A stretch of DNA of 64,000 nucleotides, taken from positions 2,170,001 to 2,234,000 of the forward strand of contig CM102290.1 of NCBI GenBank assembly GCA_046563655.1, written 5' to 3'. Origin of the DNA: Yuukianura sp. NJ FZ-2021. Lineage: Eukaryota. The translations under genes and the position numbers were made by a program. This document shows positions 1 to 12,588 of this stretch, one piece after another (position 1 is the first letter of the stretch; each line of letters starts with the position of its first letter). The notes beneath the pieces were generated by a model. It ran no database searches. It was not told the origin of the DNA and saw nothing but the letters and a program-made list of their open reading frames with translations.

Positions 1-2110
1 CAGGAGTAAGCAGGTCACAGTGACACAGGCACAAGTCTTTAGATCTTGAAATTATCAATAATCGTTGATGAAGTTCATGTTCAAAGGTCTCCTCGTCCGT
101 GTCCCTCTGCCCTAAAGGATCATAAGAACTGTTAGATGTAAGGTATGAAGTCAAGCCAAGAAATAATTGTCATATATAGTTTTAATTAACCCTTAAGCTT
201 AATCTTACCAACCACTGATTGATCAGTGTCTACAATCATGTTATAGTCCTATCATTTTTAGAACTTTAGAACGAATCACTTGTTTTCTATCTTAACAATG
301 TACGACTACGAGGGATTTTTGGCCTCCATTGGTTCTGTTCGTCTTCAAAACACTTAACTTAACTTAACACTAACTCAATTATGACAAATTTCACTCATTG
401 TTTATGATTAGTTTCGTTCAGAGTTTCAATTACTTTTGGATAACTCTGTTTTACTTTGTTTAATACTCTACTTTCGAAGAACCCCCGAAATAAAGGAACC
501 GAATTCTTGGACTTCCTTTATCCTAGACAGTGTGTCGTCTCAAGTTAGTCCTAATTATGTTACCGGTATTCAAACAGTCTTTGTTCACCGGTTTTCGTCT
601 GCCACTTATATGCCGTTGACCATCTTCGGGAGTAACAGTAACAGTAAGCTTTTTATGTTAGTTAACAATTAATTAGGTACTACGTTATAAACTTGGACGC
701 CATTTTGCGTCGGCGCATTTTCTTCTGGCGCTGTGTCCAGCGTATTGGCGGGCAAGCGGCCCCTTAGCTTTAATTTTTCAATAGGCGAGGCCGCAGGTTT
801 TTTTTAACAACAATAGTAGTGGTGGGGTGGTATTTTAACACTAAAAAAGGACTTTATTTAACTTAAAAGTTATTTTTTTAAAAATGAGTTTCACTTCTTT
901 CATCTCGCTTGTGCAAAGCTACCAAGGTTTTTTTTTTAGCCAAATTGTTAAATATTTGCCCCTCGGAAGAGTATTATATATTTACATTTATTTTTTTAAC
1001 TAGTTTATCAAAATTATTATAAAACTCTCTAAACTACCTTTAAAATTAACAAATGCGAGAAGTTCCTTCATTCTATTCATCAGGTTTCTGCTTTCACTCT
1101 CATCCCTTTCCCCATACAAGCCAAAATCAAAATCATTTCAAACCTAATTTTTCCAACAACGCGTCAGATCACAGTAGAGGCATCAAACTAATGTTAAAAA
1201 GTATATATTATCAAGTATAAAAAATTTAAAAAATTGAATTATTAGAGCAAAAAAAAATGTTTTTTAAAGCTTGTTGATTTATTATCTATCGCTTTTCTAG
1301 AACAAATAAAACTACTTCAGTTTAACGTACTAAACAAAAACAAAAACAATTATGTTTCCCCTAATTTGTTAATAAATTATTAACAAATTAGTATTATATT
1401 TTGAATATATTAATATATTCTGTGTAAACAAATTTGTAATACTATTTAGTAAATACTAGGCAGTCTAATCCCGAATTAGTTGAGCGTGAACTGTGCGGTG
1501 CAAAACTCTGAACTTGGTCCCTCGCATGGGCACGGTGTGGCGGTTTGGTTGGCGTGTTTTTTTTTTTTTTGATCCAGAGCATAGGAACCGAACCCAGGCA
1601 AAACTGAGCTCATCTGGCGCCTGGGCAATTCACTTTCATTTTCAGCTCAATCCTCTCACTCCTCTTTTTGTATCCCTCGCTCACTTCTATTGCAACAGTC
1701 ACAAGGGAAACATAAACTGTTACTGGATTCACCGTCTCATTCCAAAAACTAATTAATACTCAATTACCCCCACTACTGGACCCTTCAGCAGCAGCAAGTG
1801 CACTGGAAAGGGGACTGGAATTGAATGATCTTGGATATTCGGCAAAGTGTACTGGAAAAGAGGTAATTGAGATTGAACTAACAAGTGACTGTTGTTGTCC
1901 AAATGAATTTTGTAGAAAAATCAATGGGTTAATTCCCCCCCTTTGCTCCACTATACATACACCTCGCCTTACCTCGTGCTGCGCCTCTCCTCAACTCGTC
2001 CACCATTTTGTCTATTCCGTCCTCACGTCTTTCTCCGTTGTCAATGTCTATATATGTATACCAAACCCATGGACGACGTCACTTTAGTTAACAGATATCG
2101 TTTTTCGTCA
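1..2110 (-). other. Possible 5' exons of a divergent gene running off the left edge
   Basis: Minus-strand splice-like signals: donor GAG|GTAAGG at 1973/1972, acceptor CTTTTCCAG| into 1851, donor GGG|GTAATT at 1768/1767, acceptor CTTTAG| into 111 followed by one open frame (QRDTDEETFEHELHQRLL...) to the edge. No recognisable protein. Confidence 0.3.
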
Positions 2111-2851
2111 CTCAATCGAACTAATTGACAAACTGGCCCTACATTTGATCTTGTCATGGTCACATGCCTTTAAACTGACGACGTGTCACTGAAAATTAAC
2201 CTTACTGGGGTACTCGTTTGATTGTGCTAACAAATGGTATTTAGACTGTGTTCGATGTCATTTTAATGGGTTTGACTTTAGGATCGGATTACATCATTTT
2301 TCTTCGAACTTCTAAGACTACGTGACATTTTGCAATCTTGCAATTTGTTTGACATTGTTTTCTTTTATGATTGTTTTAAGGTTCTGCAATTCTCCAGAAA
2401 TTTGACTGCTGACGTCGCATCGTCGTCTTGTTCAAACAGAAAACGTATTCGTTGGAGTGAGAGACGTCGACTAATGTTTGTGTAAGTCTAAGTTGCGAAA
2501 TACTATTTTATGCTTGTGTAAAAGAGGTTAGATAAATGTCGCTTGTTTTGTGTAGTTAAATGTATCAGAAGAAGCGGATGACGGAAGGGATCACATTATG
2601 CTTAATGTGCAGGCAATACTTTTGGAAAGGCGATGACAAAAGGCAATTGGAATCTTGCTTAGCTGTTTGATTTTGATGTTCATGTTGGAGTGTTAAAAGA
2701 GTTAGAAGGACATTAAGGAATAATTGCCAATTCTTCAAAGTCGATTAGTTTCAAATAACACAGATAAGATGTAGTGATTTTTAATGGTGTCAGTTATAAA
2801 TGAACGTTCTGGATTTTTTTAGGGCCATGTGAACGTTCTACAGACCACATA

Positions 2852-5800
2852 ATGGTTTCAGTACAAGAGGCGTGTCCCTCGACGTCAGGTCAGCCAATGG
2901 TTATTGCCATGGAATCATCCGTGTCAGTTATAACTTCGGTCAAACCCGCCGTTCTACAGGAAGTATCCAAGTTAACGTCGACTCGTTCCATGGAAAAACT
3001 AAACCAATTTGCATTGGGTCTTCCAGCGCCGATCATGCCGATCAGGAGAGAAGCCGTATCCAATTGCGTCAAGCAGCGTTTGGCCCTTCCCGTGAGACCA
3101 GTATCCCCAATTGAGCTATGTCAGATCAAATTTCAATGTCTGAAATGTCCAGAGAATGTCAAGACAGAATATTCTCTGTCAAATTTTTTCCTGCATCAAT
3201 ATCTCACGCACTCCTGTATTTCCTGTGTCTACTGCGACGACGATTTCCAATACGCCAGAGAAGTTATGGTTCACCTTCACAGAGAACACCGACTAACAAA
3301 CCAGAGATTTGAAAGTGACGAAGAATTTATGCGTCGAGGCGGAGCTCGTACAACCGTAATTTGCGTCGAATGCAACAGTCTTCTCCAATTATCAGCTGAC
3401 ACTGAGCCAAACTTTCTCAAGAACCATGACTGTCGAAAACCTTTGACATGTCGAGATTGTGGTCTTGTCCTGGACGGTATCACACTAGAACAACATTTGC
3501 AAACTTGTTCTAAGGCCAGCAACCGTCCTAAAATCACTTCCGTACTACATCAACCCCGTCGACGAAAAAGTGTCACAAAAGCAAAGGTTCCCGTTACGGA
3601 AGAATGTCGATTTTGTAAACGCAGAGTGACTCCAAGAAGTGATGGACAAGCAGTTTGTGCTCTTTGTGAAAAAATTGGGGTCCAAAACCTAATTGTGCGC
3701 AGTCCGATTAAAAAAGTAAATCTTCCACTTAGCCAATTACCACCAATTCCACAACTGACACTTTCCTCTACGAAGAAGCCCTTAAGGGCCATGCCACCAC
3801 TTCTACCCTATGCAAATCCACAGATCCCTTCATCTGAATCTTTAGTTGGAAAGAACAACAAGAAAGTCGGAGGTTCAACTACAACATCTTCCACTCCGGA
3901 TCGTAAACCCTCTCCTGCCAAAGAACTCGACGTTGGTCGTCCTCCTCCACTCGTTCTTACAGTAAATCCTGACCTCACAAGAATGAACTTTTCGAGCAGT
4001 ATTACTGTAACGTCGTTGAATCCTACAGAAGACGACGCAGTGGCCACCGTAGAGCAAGATACTGCTGCTGGAAGTACTAACAAGCTACCTAATCATTCCA
4101 TTCTATCTCAAGAGAACACAGACTTGTCCAGACCAAAGAGATCTTTGAAAAAAATTAGTCACAAGGACTTCATGTACGAGAAACAGCAGAAGAGACGACT
4201 CTCCTCACCGATTGTCAGCATAACGCCATTGTCGCCAGAGCTTCTTGCCAAAGCGAGCCGTACCAAGATCATTTCTGTTGCTAAATCTCAAAAGTCAACA
4301 GTTGGGGATGGATTTCGCATTGCTGAAAATGGTTTTGCACATGAACAGACAGATGACTGGATTTGTTCCAAGGAGGAGGAAGATCCATTGCCAGAAGAAG
4401 AAGTCAAAGTGGATCCGCTCCTACTTGAACCAGAATCTGCGAAGCGGATTGAGATGCTCATCAAGGAACTTGTTCTGATTTTAATCCAAAACGAACAGCA
4501 AACTCACCCGACGAAGGCGGATCATGCGCTTTCTCATAAACTTTCAATTGTTGTTCCGGAGATGAACTTTTCAGAAGATGCTGTTCTGAATGAAATGGTG
4601 GAAAAGGGGGCTGCAGAGTGCAACTACTGTCGTCAAGCTAAACTTACACGGGTGGACAAACGTCAAATGATTCTCCATTTACTCAGACATCACTCATGGT
4701 CTGTCCGTCACTCCCAAAAGAAAACTGAACTGTTAGCAGTAAAAGATGGACACATTGAAGACAAACTGAACTTTGGAGAATTAAAAAACGAACGTCAAAA
4801 TTCTGCAATTGACAACGGCACTTTCGAAAACCTCAAATGTTTACCGGGAGAATCGGAAGATGTGCAAAAAATGGAAGTCGATTCGAAAGAAAATGAGTCG
4901 GAAACACAGGGACTTGCACTTGTACCAAAAATTGAGGAGGCGAGAAATTCAAAAACTGAAGAAGCGGGAAATTCAAAAATTGAAGAAGCGGGGAAATCAA
5001 AAATTGAAGAACCGGGAAATACAAAAATTGAAGAATCGGGAGACTTCAAGCTTCAGATCAAACCGGGATGTTTGACGAGGACGACGGAAGTTGCCGAATT
5101 GGGTGCTGAACGATGGGAGGATTTGGAGGAAATGGATTTAGAAACGTTTTATGAACGAATTTTGGCGAAAATTTTTCACTCGGAAGAACTAATTTACACT
5201 TTTAGGGCATTTGACAAACCAGAATTTGGAAAAGCTCCTTGTGAATGTCTCATTTGTGGGTTTTCAGCGACGAACCAAGTGAACTTGTTTCCACATTGGC
5301 GAAAGTCTCATAATGGAGTGGCCATGAAATGCCCAATGTGTCATGGAAACTTCTTGTTTGCTGGAGCACTTTTTTCCCACATTTGTCTTGGGACGCCGCA
5401 ACACTTCACTACGACGACAGCATCTTCTGGTGGGAAAGTTGGAAGTTCGTTTGGTGGAGACTTGATGAAGCAAGAAGATTCTGAAGTCAAGGTTGGAGAA
5501 GGAAGTTTAACGGACGGTTGTACAACTAATGACACGGGTGCACTACGCTACCAATGTGGAATTTGTGACAATTTAAAACTACCCGGGTTTTTCAACTACA
5601 TGATTCATGTCCGGAGGGATCATGTGAGTTGTGAACTATGTCTGGAGACTCTGTCCAACCAGAGAGAACTGGAACATCACATGAAGAAACACAAGTTGAG
5701 TCACTTTTGTTGGAAATGTAACATTTCCTATGTGTCGAAACCTAATCTGCAAACCCATTTGTTCTGGAAGCATGGAACGGAGAGTCGGGACTGTTCCGTT

Positions 5801-8800
5801 TGTCTCAAGAAGAAATGGCCCCACATTTTCCACTTTTGCATTCCACCGCCATGGTTTACCTGTGATGTCTGTGGACTCTTTTTTACCAAGTCCAAGTCAC
5901 TTCTGGTCCACAAAAGACTGCATTCAAAAGAGAAGCTCCGCGCATGCCCAAGTTGTGGCCAAAAGTTTATTTCGGCTTCTCTACTTCGGAAACACGAAGA
6001 GTCACAGCACGAGGCTGCGATGATAAAGGCTAATGTATTGGCGCTGCCGGCAGGAGACGCCAGAATCAACGGTTGCGAAAGTGAAGATTCGGATGATGGC
6101 CACAGGAACAAAGTAGAATGTGCCAAATTGGGAGAAGAGAAGAACGAAAGTAAATTAGAAGAAAACGAACCTAGTTCTGAGTCCAAAGATTTAGCTGAAT
6201 CTGAAGTGTCTCCTTCTGATCCGAATGACAACGCAAGCGTAAAAAAGAATGAGCCAATGGATACAAGTAAGTTTATTGTGTTAAACTAAATTTTGTTAGG
6301 TTGAACCTAATTTGACTTAATTTTTTGTGGATAGCATCGACTGACCAACCGGAATCGACTGTCAAAGAAGACATCAGTGTTGCTGATGCTGATGGAACGA
6401 ACAGTGATCCCCTAGCAACGTCTTTACCTGATGAACACGGTAAGCTTAACGTTAGTTTAGATATAAGGGTCTAAATCCGGATTTTTGCAACCGCATTTAT
6501 GGCGGATTCCTATTACTTATCCGAAATCCGGATTTCAAAATTTTCAATCCGGATTTCCATTTTTATTTCATGGCATTGGCGGTAGTGAAAAACAAGATTT
6601 TTAAGGAGATCGCCGTTTCCATGTACCCAAAAATCCGAATACGAAAACGGATTTGGTCACAAAGAAATCCGGATAAATCCGAAATCCCGGATTCCAGCAA
6701 TGGCGGGGTTAGATTGTCGTTGTTGGGGCCATGAAACTTTTTTTTTTGGTCAAAAATTTCGAAAAAAATTTTTTTTCCTTTTTTCACTTTTTGTCACGTT
6801 TCAAACGTTTTTGGAACGTTTCGAGCAAAAAAAATTTTTTGACCCCTAGGGTCCCCCCTTCCCATTTTTTTGAGAATCGGGACTCGAAAATTTTCAAAGT
6901 ACAAAAACTGAAGTGGTGACCCCTGACAATCTCAAAAATGACCCTTATGAAAGTTGTTCAGAATCATGAGGGGAGTATTTTTTGTCCTATGGACTATGAC
7001 CCTACGATCACACCCTGAGGTCAGAGGTCAACCCAAAATCCGGATATAAGGATTGCCATTGTTGATTGCTAATTGCTACATTTTTTTTTATCAGAATTTT
7101 TTTTTCAATAAATTATGTTAATAAATATTACTTTGCTTTTATAATTTCAGACGGAGACGCTAAACTTGCAACTGTGGAAAGGAAGCGAGGGAACAAGAAG
7201 GATTCCTCTGATACGAAGTTGATTGACACCATCAATGGACCGAATCTGTCTGAAGAAGAATTCTCAGATGATGATGACTCCTCTTCATCTTCCTCGTCAT
7301 CTTCATCTTCTTCCTCATCTGATGAAGAGGAGGATGACTCTTCAGCACCGGTCGCTGAGACTGTGATTAACAAAACCTCGATGGTTGTTGATACTGACTC
7401 GGTGGATGCTAGTAGTTCCAAACAGGAGGAGGCTATTGACAATAACCAGGATGGAATCCCATCTAATGGCACAACAACTCCGTACACCTTTCCTGTTCCC
7501 TCGATACCCGTACTCAAAGGTATTTGAACACTTTTATAATATTTAAATATTTCTTGACATTATTTGTATATGTATGTTCATTCATAATTTTTCCAGGAAA
7601 AGACAAAGTGGTCGACGAAGCTGCTGTTGCTGCTGATAATAATCAGCAAAAATCGGTTGTTCCTGGACCTGAATCGGAGGTATCAACAACTGTTGTACCG
7701 GCATTGTCAGGGTCTGGGGAAGAAACAGCGTCACAGTCAACGTCCGAAGGTAAAAAGTCGAACTCTCTTAAAAATGTACATGATTGGTGTGAGTTTGCCA
7801 GAATTAAGATGTTTGTTGTTTTTGTTTCAGTCATGCCACCGCCAAACGTACTCTTCAATCCTATTCCAGAATTAACTGAGCCGAAGGACGCTCTAGCTCC
7901 ATTTCCAGCGCCTACTCCAAGGCTTGACCTCAGTTCTACAGCGACGGCTATGCTCTTTGATGAAAAGGGAATTTTTGATCAGCCACTGTCTCCACTACTG
8001 CATCCGTTGGACGACTACTCCATCACTCCTCCACAAATGTCTCCCTTTGCAGACACATCTCTGCCAGATCACATTTCATTAGAGAAAACGCTGGAATCAG
8101 TTCTGCATGATCATTGCTACAGTCAACCCGAACCTCCAACTGACTCCGTCGGTCCCGTTGTGAGTAGCGGAACCCCGGATGCTGGGCAACGGAAAACTTC
8201 ACCTCAAAAGCACCAAACTCCGAAGAAGCGCAGGTCTGACTCTCCGAAGAGCAGTACTTCTTCAGTGCCAAAGAAACGGAAACGAAGTCACTCTTCGAGC
8301 TCTTCTTCCAGCTCGTCAAGTTGTTCCAGTTGTGGTCCCAATTGCAGTTGCAGCTCATCCAGTAGCAGCTCTTCAAGTAGTTCAGATGATTCCTCTGATT
8401 CAAGCGACTCTGATTCAAATTCTGACTCACAACAGAGCAAAACTTTTTCGTCTCCTTCAAAACCTACAAAGTCATTGGCGATCAAATCCAAACCATTTCC
8501 AAGAAAACGCGGCAGAATTCCAAAACCAAAAAATGCGGATTCACAGAAAATAAGGAGGCCGAAAGGTCGACCACCAAAAGGCGCGAAGAGAATTAAACGA
8601 CTGAAGATCGGACCACGCCCAACGGAAAACGGTTTAGGAGATGGAGACACTGAAATTCTAAAACATTTTGAAAATCCACTGGATGCATTTATAATGGAAG
8701 AGGATCTGGATACTACAGATTCAGACTCTGAAGAGATTTTTTATAGAAAACAATTGACGGAGTCAATTATCCGAATCCCACCGTTGATGGAAGAACCGTG

Positions 8801-9779
8801 GACAGCCGGTAATGAGAAGTTTCTGTTGAAGGAAGTACGTGGAGTCAACGACCTTGAGGAACTGCGTCCCAAACCAATTTCACCAAATTCATTGAAACGG
8901 AAACAAGTTGACGGGAATGGTGACGGAGGTCCCATCAAACGCTTAATTGTACGTCGTACCTTGGGCAACAGTGAAGCTGTCGCTGCAGAAATGAAGGCTG
9001 GTCGCCAAATGCTAATGGTTGGAAATACACAGATTACTACCGGAAACCTGGACACGAAGCAACAATCAATCATAAACAGTTCTATCAAGGGATCCGGTTC
9101 ATCAGCTCCATCGACTGCACTGACGCATTCACTTGTTGTCAAAGATGGCAAGATAAGACCGTTTGCCAGTCCAGTAGTTACCGTTTCCACATCATCACCC
9201 AAATCAACCCCAATTTCGAGTCATGTCAACTCTCCCGCCGTTAGTCACTTCCATATCCCTTCCCTGCTTACTGAAGATCAGATCTCAAAAGATATGAACA
9301 GTGTTTCAAGTGTTGCTGTACGAGGTATTTCAAATCCCAAGGACTCCAACATACCTTCCTCTACATCTTCTACGCCAAGTGGAAAGAAGCGACGAGCTCG
9401 GATGAAGATTACGGAAGTGAAACAGAAACCGATTTCACCACCGCTGGAGATACCGGTGACAGACATTGCACTGGAGGAGAAACTGTACTGCATTTGTCAA
9501 GGTCCACATGATAACGTGAGTCAAATGATTGGCTGTGACGCGAAAGACTGTCCATACCAATGGTTCCACTTCGAGTGCGTCGGGATTTTGGTGGCTCCGA
9601 AAGGAAAGTGGTTCTGCTCGGATTGTAGAAGCAAAAGACGAGCTGGTGGCACTTCAACCAAAAAGAATTCAAACCAAAGTCACGGAATGCTTGACTCACC
9701 GGCACCATCAAAAAGTACAAGCGGAGGACGACCAAAGGGCTTCCCGAACAACGCCTTTATCGGTCATACTGTCTCTTAG
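2852..9779 (+). CDS. Multi-C2H2 zinc-finger protein with AT-hook-like motifs and C-terminal ING-type PHD finger (architecture of Drosophila MESR4). Coding exons 2852-6266, 6335-6439, 7151-7519, 7597-7749, 7831-9779
   Basis: All four introns are GT-AG, phase 1, and join in frame. Multiple CxxC...HxxxH fingers (e.g. FTCDVCGLFFTKSKSLLVHKRLH). RRPKGRPPK motif. PHD LYCICQGPHDNVSQMIGCDAKDCPYQWFHFECVGILVAPKGKWFCSDC. MESR4 orthology is inferred from domain order only. Confidence 0.88.
4926..5045 (+). repeat. In-frame coding minisatellite, 5 x 24 bp (KIEEARNS/KTEEAGNS/KIEEAGKS/KIEEPGNT/KIEESGDF)
   Basis: Unit CAAAAATTGAAGAAGCGGGAAATT repeated five times with substitutions. Confidence 0.9.
6464..7048. 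mobile_element. Degenerate MITE in zinc-finger gene intron 2, related to the TCCGGATTT-rich element at 60689-61738
   Basis: Starts TAAGGGTCTAAATCCGGA (cf. TAGGGGTCGGAATCCGGA), has many AATCCGGATTT subrepeats and ends AAAATCCGGAT. Explains why this intron is ~710 nt versus ~70-80 nt for the others. Confidence 0.65.
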
Positions 9780-10324
9780 ATTTGATTGATAATCGAAGAA
9801 TCGAACGATTGAAGTCGACACTACAAAAGAGGGAAAGAGGTACGGAACTGTTGGGTTTTGAGTAGTTCCCGCCAAAAAAATTTTAAACATTGCATTACCT
9901 TAATCTTAAAGTTATGTTACATACCCTGTAAAATTTCACTGTGAGGAAGGGCATGGATTGACGAGGCTTTTTTTGAAGCAATGATAACCTGTAAAGTAAT
10001 TGGTAATTAATTTAGAGTAATTAAGTAATTTACTGGAAGGAATGGGAACTCCCACTCCCCTTATGACAAGATTCCCTGGATTAGGTTAAATTTAATTTAT
10101 GTATTAGCCTCTATTTACATTGACTTACACTAAACTCCATTTTCTATATTTGTTTCATATTAATGTTACACTGTAATTATTATAATTAGCCCTTACTTTA
10201 TCAATTATTGTTATCGTAATTATTATAATTGTTTAGTAATTATTATTATTAGAATTTTGACGATTAATGAAATATTGACTGATGACACAGTACGGTCGTG
10301 TTTCCTTCCACATTCGGAAATTAT

Positions 10325-10490
10325 TAAGTAGCGAAAACTACTTTATGCATCGACCTTGTCTGTCTGTCCGTTTTTTTATCTGTCTGACTGTCCGTTTGAT
10401 CTGTGTCTGTCTGGCCGGCCGTTATCTCGGAAACTACTCAATCTGCTTTCACTAGTGAACATGCTGTAACTCGGGAGTCTTCAAATCTTT
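10325..10490 (+). mobile_element. DINE-1/HINE-like non-autonomous Helentron, 5' fragment (copy 1)
   Basis: TAAGTAGCGAAAACTACTTT subTIR/hairpin followed by (GTCT)n microsatellite, shared with four other copies in the window. Confidence 0.65.
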
Positions 10491-10656
10491 ATGGTAGGAT
10501 TTTTATTCTACGATTACTTTATTCTTAACGATTTTTAAAAATCGTTGTCGCCAAAAAAAAATATCACCTCAGCCAGCATATGATTTATTTGGTTCATGAG
10601 AATTCAACACGAGAAAAGCGCGGGTTTTCTTAATTTAAATTCAGAACAATTTCGGA

Positions 10657-10670
10657 GGCGGGAATTTCAA
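10657..10670 (+). promoter_or_regulatory. E2F-like site upstream of PIG-L
   Basis: GGCGGGAATTTCAA about 240 nt before the ATG; motif match only. Confidence 0.35.
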
Positions 10671-10896
10671 TTTGCAATATTTGGAACTGTTGATTTTTTA
10701 GTGCATGAATTTGAATAATTTCTCCTTACGACTCATTCCATTCACACAAATTTAACTTCAGTCAAATTAAATTTTAATTGTCATGTAACGAAACCATTTA
10801 ACTGTAACCATGGAGTAATCAGAAATAACAAGTAACGAGTAACTTCACAACTCTACTAAACAATCAATTGATCGTGAACTCTAGTCAAGCAAGATC

Positions 10897-12054
10897 ATGG
10901 GCGAACAGGATGTACGAAAAGCTGGACCTTGGTCAGCAGTTGCCGTTTCGGCTGAAGAAGTTCTTCAAGCAATCGGTGCTGCCTTATGTTATCATCTCAC
11001 TACGATTCTGTTCGGTTGTCTCATCCTCCTCGTCATTATTTATAAACTTCGATGGAGTCGACAGAAATTTACCAAAGAATTACCTACTCCTACGAATGTC
11101 CTGTTTGTGATTGCTCATCCTGACGATGAGGTAATGTTCTTTGGACCAGTCCTGGTAAATATGGTGAAGAAAATGAAGAATCGCGTTTATGTCTTATGTC
11201 TTTCCACCGGTATGTAATCCACGACAAGATTAAGATAATTGAGCAAATGCTTAGCTAAAACCTGTGACTTCTTGTTTCTATTGCAGGCGGTTTTGACGGT
11301 AAAGGGTTACTGAGACAAGGAGAATTATGGCGAAGTTGTAAAAAGTTGGGAATGCTCGAGGCCAACATTACAATGCTAAAATACGACGATCTTCAAGACA
11401 ATGCATCGATAGAATGGTCTGTTGACCTGTTAGCCAGAGTACTGGAAAATCATATTCTAGCACACAGTATTGACATGGTAAGACATACTTTATTACAATA
11501 TAAGTGTAAATGCAGTAACGGTTTCATTTGAACTTACATTTGTTATAACAGGTGATTACGTTTGACGAGAAAGGAGTGAGCGGACACGCCAATCATGTGG
11601 CATGTTACAACGCTGTCAAAAAATTAATTGCTCAATCACAATTGCCAGAAGGTTGTCTTCTATATTCAAAAAAGTTTAAGATTTTGAAGGGAAAGTGTTT
11701 AACAATTTCAGAGGCATTTAATTTGATTTCAGGCGTCCGAGTGTTTCTCCTCGAGTCAGTCAATCTGTTCAGGAAGTATTGCAGCAACGTTTTTGATATT
11801 GTTATATCTTGCCAATCCAGTGACTACACATACTTGGCCACTTGGAGTCAACGCTGTACAGTAGTGGTAATTTTTATCATAATACGTTAAGCTAAGTTTG
11901 ACGTATATGAAGTTATTTCAATTTCATTTTCTAGGCTGGAATGAAGTGCCACTCCTCACAACTCACATGGTATCGACGTTTGTATCTTATTTTCTCAAGA
12001 TACATTGTCATCAATTCACTGCGGGAACTCAAGGTCAAAAAGGTGACCAAATGA
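10897..12054 (+). CDS. PIGL: N-acetylglucosaminyl-phosphatidylinositol de-N-acetylase (GPI biosynthesis). Exons 10897-11209, 11287-11477, 11552-11651, 11733-11866, 11935-12054
   Basis: N-terminal TM segment, catalytic AHPDDE motif, [20 protein letters not shown] and C-terminal [21 protein letters not shown] motifs. GT-AG introns join in frame. Confidence 0.95.
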
Positions 12055-12588
12055 ACCTGTCGAAGGTTCCCCATCTCAAATCATAACAACGTTTTCTAAA
12101 CATAACCAGAGCAATATAAACATAAAAAATAAACGAAAGCCCGGTTTTTTCTCGCGCATTACCCTTGTAACAGGAGAGGAGTTTAATTAAATATCACTGG
12201 TTTAATTTTTAATTGGTAATTACCGTTATCACAACTAATTAATTTGACCGTTTAGTTGCGGTATTGTATTGAGCTTATGGTTTTCTTCCGTATGGCGTGT
12301 CACATCGCATGCCCAGCTCGAAACGGGTGTAAGGAGAGAGTGCATAATTTCTGCGGGATGTTTTTCGCTCTTTCCATAATTCGCACACGACAGTACGACA
12401 CGGCCAGTTTGTTGACATTTGTGGACCGTGAAGGTGATTGATTGATTATCAATTAATTTACTTCCGTAAGTACTAATTTACTAATTGTCATTAAAGTAAC
12501 TTAGTCATGAATTCTTACTCTCATTTATGCCAAATCTAACTTTGGTTCGTTACAGGGTCAGAATCCGAGAGTCTAACATCGCTGTGAA

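Noticed and set aside
690..810. GC-rich patch (GCGAGGCCGCAGG, GGGCAAGCGGCCC) as a transposon remnant
   Set aside because: Single copy in the window with no definable ends or TSD.
2872..9890. Numerous overlapping and antisense ORFs over the zinc-finger gene
   Set aside because: Shadow frames of a long coding sequence with no independent features.
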